Positions 14,048-26,198 of a stretch of 64,000 bases of DNA are shown one piece after another; the stretch's first letter is position 1; each line of letters opens with the position of its first letter. This DNA comes from the human T2T-CHM13v2.0 reference genome, Homo sapiens: assembly GCF_009914755.1 (NCBI RefSeq), contig NC_060926.1, one strand, 5' to 3'. The notes under the pieces were generated by a model. The model worked only from the letters and a program-made list of their open reading frames with translations. It did not search any database and was not told the DNA's origin. The position numbers and the translations under genes are program-made.

Positions 14048-16099
14048 TTACAAAAAATGAAAATGAACTAAACTTCCTAGTTGAAAGACATATTGTCAGA
14101 TTGGATTTTAAAATCTGGCAATGATATTTCCAGGACACAGTCCTAAAATATTAAACACAGAAAAGTTGAAAGTAAAGGGATGGAAGAACACAGTCAAACT
14201 AACTAGAAGAGAGCTGGGTTCACCCTTTTATATCAGAGCAGAATTTCACTGAGAAAACACTAACAGGAAGGGGGAAAGGCACAACATAGTGACGAAGCAC
14301 TTAATTCTCAACAAATGTATGACACTTCTAAACTATTATGACTGCAAAAAAAAAAAAAAACCTCAGCATATATAAAATTTTGGAAGAGCCATGGCTATCA
14401 GCTGACATGCACTTACCATATTTGCATTGTCCTACTACAAACTTTACCCATATGACCAAGGTGCTGTCTTCATCCCCATTTTACAGATGGGGAAATTTCC
14501 CCATAGAGAAAAAGATTTGGGCCATGCCTTGGTTTCTTCTTGACTCTGCTTCCTGCTGATTGATCCTCACACCTCACCTGGAGACCTACTTCACATTATC
14601 CATCAGGATGAGAACTGGTGTGCCTTTACCAAAGGACCACAGTCACCTTCAAAACGTGTTTAGATAGATCTGGATGGAGACTTATGTGGTTGCAGATGAA
14701 AAAAAAGTCCCCATGGTATATCTGACTCCATGTCATTCACTGCATGAACACTCACACACATGCACACGTACACAGGCAAACACAATCCTGTTCTGGTCCG
14801 GCAGTAGTGCCAACACTCAAATCCCAGGTCCTACTCTGAAGCCTTTGAGGAAACCATTGTCATTCTGGGGTTTATGGGAATATTTCTTCTTGGTGCCCCT
14901 TGTTCCTCACAGAAGCTTTTTTTCTGTGCTGTGGGCTTGCTATCCTAGCTTTCCAAGCTATCCTAGTTTTGCAAATTTCTCTGATCAATCACATCAGGTT
15001 CTTGGATCATCCCAAAATTAAAGAGGTACGTTTTGCTGCAAGAGACAAAGACATTCACCTCTCACACAGTTTGAATTCCTGGGTAGAAACAGATTTCAAT
15101 GCTGGCCAGCCTCTGTAGCTCCCAGTGCCCCCTCAATTATGACTCCCGAGGCATTGGAGCAGGATCCTCACCTTGCGCAAAGATAATTAGGTGTGCTGAA
15201 GAAAGCCAGACACTGCTCTTTCTTAGCTCTGCATCCTTAAAAAGTTACCACTACTCCTTCTCTTTGAACCTTTGACTTGTCAATGGTAAAGTGCCTATGA
15301 TTCTTAAAGGGATAAAAACGCAACCTATATAAAGCACCTGGCATAGTGCCTGGCACAGGTGGGTGTTTAACAAATGTTAACTCCTTTCTATCCCACTGTG
15401 GGTGTCCATATCCTCTTGGGTAGGCTGCCTCTGGTTTCCATTGTGTCATCAGAGCCATACTAAATCGATGTGTTGGACATGGATCCCAAGAACTAATTTC
15501 TGGAATGAGTTATGCCTACCAACTTCCCTGATACTTACTTCTGTCTCTCCATTTATCAAATGGAAATGTTTGCATTTGGCCTCTGCCAGTTGGAGTAACC
15601 AAAAGGCTTAGAGGTTTTGGAGAGGTCCTACACTGCCATCTGTTTGACCACATACTGCCTTTCACGTGTAATAAGCATTGTTTCTTACATTTGTCTAGGA
15701 ATTAGCAGTTCACAAAGCACATTCGCATATAAGGGCTTGTTTTGAATTGATCTTGGCAGCAATTCTATGAGACAAGTAAAAGGTAGGTCAAGCATTATAA
15801 TCCTCATTTTAAATCTGGGAAAACTGAATCTCAAAAAGGTTGAAAGACTTGTCTAGGGGACAGTGTGTGGGTAAATGAGAAGTTAAGATTTGCTGAACTG
15901 GCATTTCCTGACTACATATCTAGTGTTTATTTATGGAGAAGGCACTACGGTGGCCAAGTGGCTCAGAGTCACACAGCTCTGTGCCTCAGTTTATTCGTCT
16001 GTAAAATGAAGATAATAATATATTCTGAATACTGTTGTGGAATTTCATTGAGATAGTTCACATAATGGCATGGATACTGTAGTACACCGCCTAGATTCA

Positions 16100-16380
16100 C
16101 AACCCCACGACTATCCATGAGAATGGCCCATAGCTCAAGAGGTCACATTCTTTCCCCAGGTGAAGCCCGCATCCAATGACTGCTCAGTGTGGGTATATAA
16201 AGGCCTGGCTCCCTTGCCAGTGCCACCCTACCTCCTGGTGAATGGACTGAGGCTTGCATTATGACTGCATTGCAGCTCAACTGTTCTTTCCATTCAGTCT
16301 TTCCTTTACACTCACACAGGTGAGGACCCAGCCATTAAATGCCTCACATGATAACCTCTATTGCATGCTAGGCTTCGTGT
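16100..16380 (+). mobile_element. ERVL LTR16-like fragment
   Basis: Motifs aaggcctggctcccttgcc and gactgcattgcagctcaact resemble LTR16; recognised by eye. Confidence 0.5.
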
Positions 16381-17721
16381 GCACACACAAAAACCATCCT
16401 CTATCAGTCAGGCCCCTTACTTGCAGAGGCAAAGAGGCCAGTCTGGGTTAGATGTGCACCCTGTTTTTACAACAGAACGAGACAAACAGGTCCTCCTTAG
16501 GTGTAAGTTCATGGCCTTGGCCCCACCCCTGAAACTCAGCCATCTGAGACAGTTTTAGGACTGAGGCAACCTCAGACTTTGGGTTGTTGTTTGCTGGGCA
16601 CAGCCTCCTTTTGCCAATGTTGCAATCCTTTGTAAGAGACCACAGGTTGATCACCCGTTCCTGTTACTGAGCACAGAGAGGTTTGTAGGCCAGTCTCTCC
16701 AGGAATTCTGACGCACTGCAAAATCCCATGGTCTGAATGCTTCTACCTTCCCTGTGAAAGCCCCTGGCCTCAGAAAAGGAAGCTGGTTTAAGTGACCAAC
16801 ATTTGGGGTGGAGCTTCCGAGGGCCCAGCCACCGTGTTACATGCAACAATCAACAGAGATATTCTTTGGCTAGAGTTGTTTTTCTGGGTATAGGACCCTA
16901 TAATTAAAATCAGCTCTCCAACTTCCCTTCCTCCAAAAAGTATACAATGTAAGGAGGAAAATGCAAATTGAAAAGTTGCTAGCCCTTCCCGCCAGAATGC
17001 CACCCCAAGCCTCCCCTGCAGGAAGTTCTGGAGTCCCCAACTCTGCCCCAAGCCTGAGGCCCTTGATAAGGTAAAGGGATGTGAGTGTGGAGGCCGGAGC
17101 CCCCCTTGCCCTGTAGGCTGCTCCCCTTGCTTTTCCCTTTGAATGTTACAGTTTAGTTCTGTGACTTACTTATAATTGCCTGAATTCCCCGCCCACGCTT
17201 TCTCTTACTTTGGGGCTTCTCACCGTTCCTCTTCCTCCATCTTCCTCCTCTGACCCCACTCCCAAGCCTGAATGGGGTGTTCCTCTTCCGTGCTCCCACA
17301 AAACCCTGTGCCTCTTTCATCGTTGCATATATTATGCTGTAATGTAGTTTTCTGGAGGTGTGAAGACTATGAATCCTATGAAGACAAATACACACCTACC
17401 TTGCTGACCGTTGTATCCTCAGAATCTAATACTGCACTTGGCACACAGTGGTTGGGAGTAAATATTCATGAGGCAAACACACAGGAAGGACTCTTTTGTT
17501 ATGGTTGTTTGTTGTTGTTGCAAGTAACATAACCCCACCTTGATCTAGCTGACTGACGGCTCTACCACCTTGTCTTTTGCAGCACAAGAGGAATAGGAAC
17601 TGCACCTCTTCCTTCAGTTTCAGCTTGAATAATATCAGGAAGATTCGTATCGGTCTGAGTTGGGTCACGTACCCGACGTGCTATAGCTGAGGATGGGGTA
17701 AGCTGATTGGAGTTTGCAACA

Positions 17722-18355
17722 CTGTTCACAGAGCCAAGATATGGAAAGAACCTAAATGTCAACTGGTGGATGAATGGATAAAGAAATTGTGGTATATACA
17801 TACACTGGAATATTATTCAACCTTAAAAAGAAGGAAATCCTAACATTTGTGACAACATGGATGGACCTGGAGGGAATTATGCTGAGTGAAATAAGACAGA
17901 CACAAAAAGACATTTCTTGCAGGAGCTCACTTATATGTGGAATCTAAAATAGTCAAGCTTAAAGAAGAGAGTAGACTACTGGTTGTCAGGAGCAGGAGAA
18001 AAGTGGAAATGAAGAGGTGATAGTTAAAGGGTACAAAGTTTCAGTTATACAAGATAAATAAGTTCTGGAGGTTTACTATTAATATATCACATAGTACCTA
18101 TAAGTAACAATACTGTATTGTATACTTAAAATTGCTAAGAGGGTATATCTTATATGTTCTTACCAATAATAATAATAATAATGGTAATAATTAAGGGGCA
18201 GGAGGACACTTCAAAAGGTGATGGATATGTTTATGGCCTTGATGGTGGTGATGGTTTCATGAGAGTATACTTATCCCCAAACTAATTGAGATGTAAATAT
18301 TAAATATGTACAGCTTTTTGTATGTCAATCGTACCTCAGTAAAGTAGTTTAAAAA
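17722..18355 (+). mobile_element. Old L1M 3' end (L1MA10/L1MC1-like)
   Basis: gatgaatggataaagaaattgtggtatatacatacactggaatattattca and other L1 3' motifs. Confidence 0.8.
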
Positions 18356-19225
18356 TGGTTGGACTGAGAAAAGGAGGAGCTGCTCAGCAACATGAGGCTG
18401 GGTGCTGGGCAGACAAAACCTCACACATGCATTACTGAACCCACGGACTCATGTCTGTGAGCTTTGTGGCTGTGGATGCACCATGCCAATGTAGTCAAGG
18501 ATTCTTCAATGTGTACCTTACTGGATTAGTTCCCTCTGTTTATTTGTATTGACTCCTCAGTTCCCTTATGGGTTGCTTGTTGGCTCTTGTGGAATTATTT
18601 AAGTAAGGCTTTGGTTGCAGGAGTCAGACATGCTTAAGCTGGTTTTGGCTGTAATGGGGAATTTGTGAGATGTGACACAGTGACAGGAAGTGCAGCCAGA
18701 CGTTGTGAGAGGCAGTAACTGGGAATAGGAAAGTTATGAGAAGTTAAGGCAGTAGTAATTGTTTCTCTATCGAAGGCCATAATGTTATCATTCCTGCCTC
18801 TATCTGTTTGCTTGTTCTTCTCTCTCAGCAGAATGGTCTTCTCTGCTTCTCTGTGCACCTGCAGAAGGTGACCACCCTAAGGCTTATGGATTCAGGAGTC
18901 CTCAGTTTGAGAGCAGTTACCAAATGCCTCGCCCCTGTGAACTCTAGTCCCAGTTTCTTATTCCTGGTACTGGCTTAGTTTGAGGCAGCTGCCCACCGTA
19001 AGTCCAGTGAGCCATGGCCTGGGGACAAGGTCAGGTACATGTGTAATCAGCTGGGTCTGTGAGTTGTGGTGGTGGCGATGGAGGTAGCTCCCAGAAAAAT
19101 GGATTACAGGTTAAGAAGAGTCTATATATCTTGACCACATTTGATGTGACTTGGAAGTTTCAATGTGTGACCACTTACAAAGTTATGATCAGGTGTCTCA
19201 TTTATTTATGGTGATGTATGAGTCC

Positions 19226-19280
19226 GTGTGTGAGTGTGTGTGTGTCTGTGTTTGTGTGTGTGTGTGAGAGAGAGAGAGAG
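19226..19280. repeat. Compound (TG)n(AG)n microsatellite
   Basis: Read directly from the sequence. Confidence 0.9.
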
Positions 19281-21025
19281 AATGAGAATATGAGTGGTGG
19301 TTTCCCATTTATTTTTCTATGGGCCAAATCCTGGGCTATGAGCTGGAGATATAAGAGTAAACAAAATAGACACGGTGCTTGCTGTGACCTGCCCTGGGAG
19401 ACAGATATTACACGGAGGATCACATAAATGCAGAGTCTGAGCTGAGGTCTTAAGGGTGAGGATAAGTAACTAGTCAGTGGAGCAGGGGAGGGAAGGGTGT
19501 TCCATGCCTGTGTCAAGGTCCTGAGGTGAGAGAAAGAGGTGAATTTGAGGAACCAAAAGGAGTTCAGGGAACAAGAGGGGCTGTTTCACAAGCTGAGTCT
19601 GGAAGCTGAGCAGGCTGAGCAGATTCTTAGGAACTCTGCAAAAACTTAAGGGCTTGTCTATGACCGTAAACAACTACGGTCGTAGATAAACAAGTTGGCA
19701 AACAACTCAAGGATTTACAGTCATCAGAATTGTAAAACTGATCCCATGTATTTTCAAACCTCAAATCCCTTGCTCTGACCTTGTGTGTCTAAGCTAGAAG
19801 GAAGCAGGATGCACCTCTCCCCTGGCTGGAATGAAGGGATTCACCCAAGCTCTCAGTCTTCTCACGGCATCCAGGGCCCCCCTGCTTGTGTGTGGTCTAG
19901 ATTTCCATTCCCATAGTAGGAATTCCTTTGGGAGCCTTGGGGTCTCTCCTGCTAGAGGGCTTCACCTGTGACTGTCTCAATTCAAGGGAGGGGTTCTAAT
20001 AACATTAAACCTCAATATCTTGCTCCTCCATTCCTGATGCCTCCCTTTCCTTCTACCCTTCCCCTACCTCCTTCTTTCCTATGCCACAGGCTGGCAGGTT
20101 AGTGCCAGAGCAAGTGGCCAGTCACCATCATTGGGGTTGTGGATCCTCAGGGTTCTTCAGAAGCCCCTTCACCATGATCAAGAGTCTCCAGTCACTCAGA
20201 ATTCCACGGTTCCCAAATGCCAGCTCTCCCACTACTCCCAGCGTTCTCCATCTCTGGGATGTTGGGCTCCAGGCTTCTCAGATGCACTGAGTACCCTAGG
20301 CTAAGCCACTGATCCATCAGAACTTCATAGCCTGAGAGGAGAGGGAGACAGGCTTGCAAAGGAGAGTTCTGACTAGACACTGGGGTGCTACAGATGCCCG
20401 TAAGTTGTCCCTTTACCCTCGATGTCCCCAGTGTTGGGACCACCTGGGAATGCCCAGCCTTGTGTGCTGATTGACTTGTAGTCCCCTGGCCCTGACTGGA
20501 AGCCTAGTTTTCTCTCTCATGACCAGCTAGGCCCCTAGCTCCCCAGGGAAGAAATCCAATCTATTTCCTCTGATAGTAATGGCTAATACTTAAATAATGC
20601 CAACCACATGCCAAGCACTTTACAGTTGTTAGCCCAGTCTTCACAAGCACCTTGTGAGGTGGGCAAGAGTCTTATCTTACTCTCATTTTATAGATGTGGC
20701 CCAGGATCCCACAGCTATAGTTCATGGTGCTGGGATTTGAACCTCTGGCCACCAGAGCCCACCTTAATGTGTCCTCCTCCTGTTGTCATAACAGAAAAGT
20801 ACAACACCATGATGACACATCAGGCTATCCTGGCAGGTTCCCAGGCTGCCCCAATGCCCAACTTTCTAGGTTTACAAAGTTGACATTTACGAAGTTTCCA
20901 GGTTTACAAATCTAGTTTCTGATTCTTTAGTCAGCAGGAATTTCTCTACAAAAGCTGCTTCGAAAATTTCCAGCCAAACCTTACACACCTTGGCATTACA
21001 TCTTGGTGAGCCAAGGCGGAAGAGA

Positions 21026-21100
21026 ACAGGAAGTGAAGGCCCCATGGGAAGTCCCTGCGGTCGGGAGCACCCAGGCGGGGCGGGGGGTGGGGGGCTTTCC
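21026..21100. promoter_or_regulatory. Candidate inflammatory enhancer: ETS, two NF-kB sites and a GC box
   Basis: ACAGGAAGTG 21026-21035, GGGAAGTCCC 21046-21055, GGGGCGGGG GC box near 21077, GGGGCTTTCC 21091-21100. Confidence 0.6.
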
Positions 21101-21869
21101 TGTGGCCGGCTCCCTGCCCCTCCCACCCCAATTCAGGCCCTGTGAGTTGAATGAAGAGACCCTGGGAATGAGTCCAGGTCTGCAGGGTTAGAGGAAATTG
21201 AAGGCCCTTACCAGATCCCTGTTGAGAAGTTTATGAATTATGAGCCCTTCTGCAAATGAGAGGGTTCTTCCCTGTCAGGAGGGACAGATTGTAGGTGGCA
21301 AGATTGGTGGCAGCCAGTAGGCTGGTCTGCTCCTTCCTCTCTATTTCATATGTGTATGAAGGCATTACCTGCAGCAAGGGCCTGTGTAAATGCATGTGAT
21401 TTACAGAGCATTTTATGTACTGCGTGTCATTCATGCTTCCGGTGAGCCCTAAGTCTAAGATAGGGCAGATAGCATCAGGTCCATTTTGCAGCTGTCAAAA
21501 TGAGGTCTGAAGGGCAGAAGTGGTGTGCCCACACACACACAACTGGTTGGCTGCAGACCTGGGGACTAGACCCGGGACTTCGTCCTGCCCAGGGGTCTCT
21601 TGCCACTGCTCCCCATCAACTTGGATGGCTTTAAGCATTTGTGAGTTGTCTGCTCCCTGATGGCAGAATGCAGAGACATGAAGCTACAAGCAGGTTCGCT
21701 CCCAACGGCAAAAAGGAGGAGGGGTGTTCAGAACATCAGGTGCTTCTAGAGAAAGCAGGGAGAGAGTATCTGGCCTTGTGGACAATGTCACGGCAGAGGC
21801 CAGGTATAGGGCATGGGGGTAACTGGAAGCGGGATGGACCCTGTTATTCCCTAAGACATGGCTTCCACG

Positions 21870-22212
21870 TAGTGCTCAAACAAGGCCTTTGCCCTTGCTG
21901 TTCCCTCCACCTGGAATATTCTTCCCCTTCCTTGACATTGCTCAGGTCTCCACTCTTATGTCACCCTCTCAGAGAGGGCTTCCCTGGCCACTTTCCCTAA
22001 AATAGCCACCCACTCCTAGGTCCCTCAAAAGCATATCCTGCTTTGGATTTTCCCTATAGCAATATGCCCTATGAAGTTATTTTATTTGCTAACTTGTTTC
22101 TTGTCTGTTTTCCTTTGTTAGAGCGTTGGGGACCTTGTCTGGCTTGTTCCCAATGCCTGGAAGAGTGCCTGGCACACAGGATTAAGCCAACACATATGTT
22201 TTGAATGAATGT
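21870..22212 (-). mobile_element. L2 3'-end fragment directly upstream of the intracellular promoter
   Basis: L2 motifs ctttgcccttgctgttccctccacctggaat and agtgcctggcacacagg...ttgaatgaat. Confidence 0.7.
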
Positions 22213-22279
22213 GTGCACACATGCATGAGCTGGCGGCAGTCGGGGTTGGGGTAAGCACGAAGGCCCAGCTCAGTTCTCT

Positions 22280-22477
22280 GCATGTGACCTCCCATCTTAC
22301 GCAGATAAGAACCAGTTTGGTTTCTGCTAGCCTGAGTCACCCTCCTGGAAACTGGGCCTGCTTGGCATCAAGTCAGCCATCAGCCGGCCCATCTCCTCAT
22401 GCTGGCCAACCCTCTGTGAGTGTGTGGGAGGGGAGGCTGGGCTCCTCCTTGTACTCTCTGAGGTGCTCTGGAAGGAG
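22280..22477 (+). promoter_or_regulatory. IL1RN: TATA-less promoter of intracellular IL-1Ra
   Basis: Directly upstream of the ic first exon. AP-1 TGAGTCA 22333-22339, GATA AGATAAGA 22303-22310, GRHL-like AACCAGTTT 22310-22318; no TATA box. Confidence 0.7.
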
Positions 22478-22603
22478 GGGCAGCTCCACCCTGGGAGGGA
22501 CTGTGGCCCAGGTACTGCCCGGGTGCTACTTTATGGGCAGCAGCTCAGTTGAGTTAGAGTCTGGAAGACCTCAGAAGACCTCCTGTCCTATGAGGCCCTC
22601 CCC

Positions 22604-22613
22604 ATGGCTTTAG
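22604..22613 (+). CDS. IL1RN: IL1RN intracellular first exon, coding part (M-A-L plus 1 nt); exon about 22478-22613
   Basis: ATGGCTTTAG|gtaagc. Splicing to 32269 gives [13 protein letters not shown], the known icIL-1Ra1 N-terminus. Confidence 0.95.
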
Positions 22614-23321
22614 GTAAGCTCCTTCCACTCTCATTTTTTCACCTGAGAAATGAGAGAGGAAAATGTCTACAATTGGTGTTTATCAAATGCTTTCAGGCTC
22701 TGGTGAGCAAGCGTCCAGGAAAATGTCAAGCGCATGGAGCTCCAGGCCTGTCTGGGGGATCTGGGCACGGGGAGGCATCCATGGGAGACCATGCAGGCAC
22801 TCTGAGGCAGGGGCTGCAAGCCTAGTGCCTGCTGGGGCAGCAGGTGAACAGAGAGGTGTAACTGCTGTGACAGAAGTCATGGAGTCCTTGGAGTGTGAGG
22901 GTCATTTTCCACTGTTGATAGAATAGGGAAATTGGTGAAATAGCCCTGTTAAATGAGAGAAAGAACAGTGTGAGCTCAATGAGAAATACTAATAGAATGT
23001 GGCACTGAGCCACAAGGTCTGAGGGTTGATTGATAAGGAAGGGTGGGGACTGTGGAGAATTAAGGGCTTGGCACAGGTCAGTTCCACCAGTTGTCACAAG
23101 AGAATGCAGGCTCAGGTGGCCAGAACTTCTCGCTTTTCCAGAAGAGTCCGATATTCTGATTTCATTATATATAGTATTCTGATTAAACCAGACAATAAAG
23201 CAAGCAGATAAAATATTTAAAGTATAAGCTGCCAGTTTGCAACCTCCGGTTAGGATTTGTGTGGGGCAAAGAAAAAAACTCTCAGGATCATTGGTATGTA
23301 GACTCTAATTTTAAGTTTCTA

Positions 23322-23662
<341 letters not shown>

Positions 23663-24651
23663 AGGCCTCTAATGAGCAGGCCATTCTCCTTTCTGGGTCT
23701 TACTTTCCTTGCACTCCTTTCTGGGTGTTAAGAGGAGGTCTAGAGGAAGCTGGACAACTCTTAGCTTGTAGTAAGCACAGTGGAAGTATCAGCTCTTAAT
23801 GGGTCATGGACACGTTACAAGCTAGGCGCCGTGCTGAGCACTTTACATGGTTTATCCCACTGAACCCTCTCAATAACCCTATGAGGAAGGGCTATTATTG
23901 CTCACATTTTCAGAAGAGGAAATGGATATAGAGAGATTAGATAATTTGCCCATGGCCAGACAGCTAGTATAAGAGGAGGAGGTGGATTGACTGCAGACAT
24001 TCTGTCTTCAAACCACTACACTATGCTATGGAGGCACAGAGACTTAATGAAATCATGGAGAGGGGAATTGCTTTGTCAACCACAAGCAGTTATTCCGGGG
24101 GCAGCAGATCCTCCCCTGTCCCCCAGTGGGTACAATGGTCCCTGGTGGGTTGTGCTACAATGTTAGCCCATGGTCTTATGTGTTTTTCAAATGTGTAAAG
24201 TAGGATGCTGGAACCACTCTTAGAACCAGATACCAATACATTGTGAAGAAATAAATCTCTGTGCTTAAAACTGGTTCATCCCAAAATATTTTGAACTGAC
24301 ACACAATAGGTGCTAAATAAATGTGTGTTAACTTGAATTGGATTGAATTCGGGAAAAAAGTGCAATAAGCTTAGTGAAGACACCATGTTCCCTGGGTAGA
24401 GGAACCACATTCTCCATCTAAGGCCAGGAGTATGGGAGGTATCAATGTTTGCCCAGCACAGAACAGGGTGCCAAGAAGAGAAAAGTTGACGGGGTGCATA
24501 CTCTGACTGGAAACTGGAAGGGTGAGAACAGAGGGTAAAGGATAGAGATGGAACCATGTGCATACACTTTGTGTTACCTTGGACAAGTCATTCATTTCTC
24601 TGGACCTCTGCTTTCTCTCTACACAATGGGGTCCCACCACTTCCCTTACAG

Positions 24652-24714
24652 CTGACTTGTATGAAGAAGGAGGTGGAGGAGGAGGAGAAGGTGAAGACAA
24701 TGCTGACTCAAAGG
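24652..24714 (+). CDS. IL1RN: IL1RN 63-nt in-frame cassette exon (icIL-1Ra2; ADLYEEGGGGGGEGEDNADSK)
   Basis: ccttacag|CTGACTTG...TCAAAGG|gtaaat; 63 nt, phase 1-1; the peptide matches the known 21-aa insert. Confidence 0.95.
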
Positions 24715-24926
24715 GTAAATTATTTTTAGGATCCAAGTTTGAAAACAATTTTAGGCTACTAGATATGAACAACATCTTGATTATGTAGTTGAAGGAAATT
24801 AAAGATGAATGGTTTAATTAAAAATTAATCAGAATGAAAACGATTGATTACTAATATATCTGCAATGGTTTATTTTCCTGAGTGGCAGACTCACTAAGGT
24901 TTTTGAATACTCCTGTGTGATTGCTC

Positions 24927-24970
24927 TATGTATGTATGTATGTATGTATGTATGCATGTATCTATCTATC
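24927..24970. repeat. (TATG)n/(TATC)n microsatellite
   Basis: Read directly from the sequence. Confidence 0.9.
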
Positions 24971-25545
24971 TGTTGTCTAATAAAATGGATCACATCTCTG
25001 CTAATAAAAACACTACACTGGCAGGGTACAATTATAATCATTAACTGTGCCTGGAATTTGCAGCAGCAGCCACCAGAGGTACCAGTGCCCTTTAAGGGTT
25101 CATAATTTAGAATAATCCAATTATCTGAGTTTTTCAGGGACTGAGGGGTTTGGCAAGGTGTAGAACTTTCAGTAATAAAGTCAAGAAAGTCCTGGACAAA
25201 CCAAGGTAGTTGGTCACTCTAGTCCATAACCAGGTAAAGAGCTTTCCCTGTAACCTGTGTAAGGTTTTAGAATCATTTCTTTCCTTATTACCAAAAATCC
25301 TCCCCAAATTTTCAAGAAATTATGAACTAAATAGTTACTCTATGAGATAGGAGTTCAGCCCAAAAGAAACACCATAAGAACAAATATAATTCTTGCTTAT
25401 GTTAACCATGCAATGAAGCAGAGAGAAAAAGTCAGTGGCCTCTTTAGGAGGACTGTAGTGTGGGAAGAAATAACTAAACTGGGTTTCAATCCTGGCCTGG
25501 CCAGGATCTGGAGCAAGTGAGTTAATCTTTCTAAGCCTTGAGTAG

Positions 25546-25610
25546 TTTCTTCTTCTTCTTCTTCTTCTTCCTCCCCCTTCTCCTCTTCTTCTTCCTCCTC
25601 CTTCTCCTCT

Positions 25611-25657
<47 letters not shown>

Positions 25658-25748
25658 CTCCTCCTCTTCTTCTTCCTCTTCCTCTTCCTCTTCCTCTTCT
25701 TCCTCTTCCTCTTATTCTTCTTCGTCGTCTTCGTCTTCTTTTTATTTT
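25546..25748. repeat. ~200-bp polypyrimidine tract of (CTT)n, (CCT)n and (CTTCCT)n
   Basis: Read directly; almost no purines on the + strand until about 25714. Confidence 0.97.
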
Positions 25749-25820
25749 CAAAGTGAAAGCAAGTTTATTAAGAAAGTAAAGGAATAAAAGAATGGCCACT
25801 CCATAGACAGAGTAGCCTGA
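25749..25820 (-). mobile_element. MER41-like LTR fragment ending at its poly(A) site
   Basis: Minus strand reads GGCTACTCTGTCTATGGAGTGGCCATTCTTTTATTCCTTTACTTTCTTAATAAACTTGCTTTCACTTTG, followed by an A/GAA-rich tail. Confidence 0.75.
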
Positions 25821-26027
25821 ACCTTGAGTTCTTCTATAAAGTCACTATGAATTTATACTCATTTTGAAAGTGGGTGTCAATATGTCTGTCCACTTTGCAC
25901 AGCTGTTATGTGGACAAAAGGAGATCTGTGTGAAAGTGTAACACAGAGCCTAAACTATAACAGGTAAGCAACACAGTTGTCCCCTTCCCCATGGTGTCTG
26001 TTCTTCTCCATTTCCTCCTGTCTGCAG

Positions 26028-26198
26028 GGGGATTATAAAACTAATCATCAAAGCCAAGAAGGCAAGAGCAAGCATGTACCGCTGAAAACACAAGATAACT
26101 GCATAAGTAATGACTTTCAGTGCAGATTCATAGCTAACCCATAAACTGCTGGGGCAAAAATCATCTTGGAAGGCTCTGAACCTCAGAAAGGATTCACA
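26028..26198 (+). other. IL1RN: IL1RN 171-nt cassette exon with an in-frame stop; the transcript encodes the short intracellular isoform starting at ATG 32307
   Basis: Strong acceptor tttcctcctgtctgcag|GGGG and donor CACA|gtaagt; 171 nt. After exon ic1 it reads MALGGL* (TAA 26036-26038). Confidence 0.85.

Noticed and set aside
25335-25799. 154-aa Arg/Gly-rich ORF and the opposite-strand poly-Phe ORF
   Set aside because: Translation artefacts of the GAA/GGA simple repeat.
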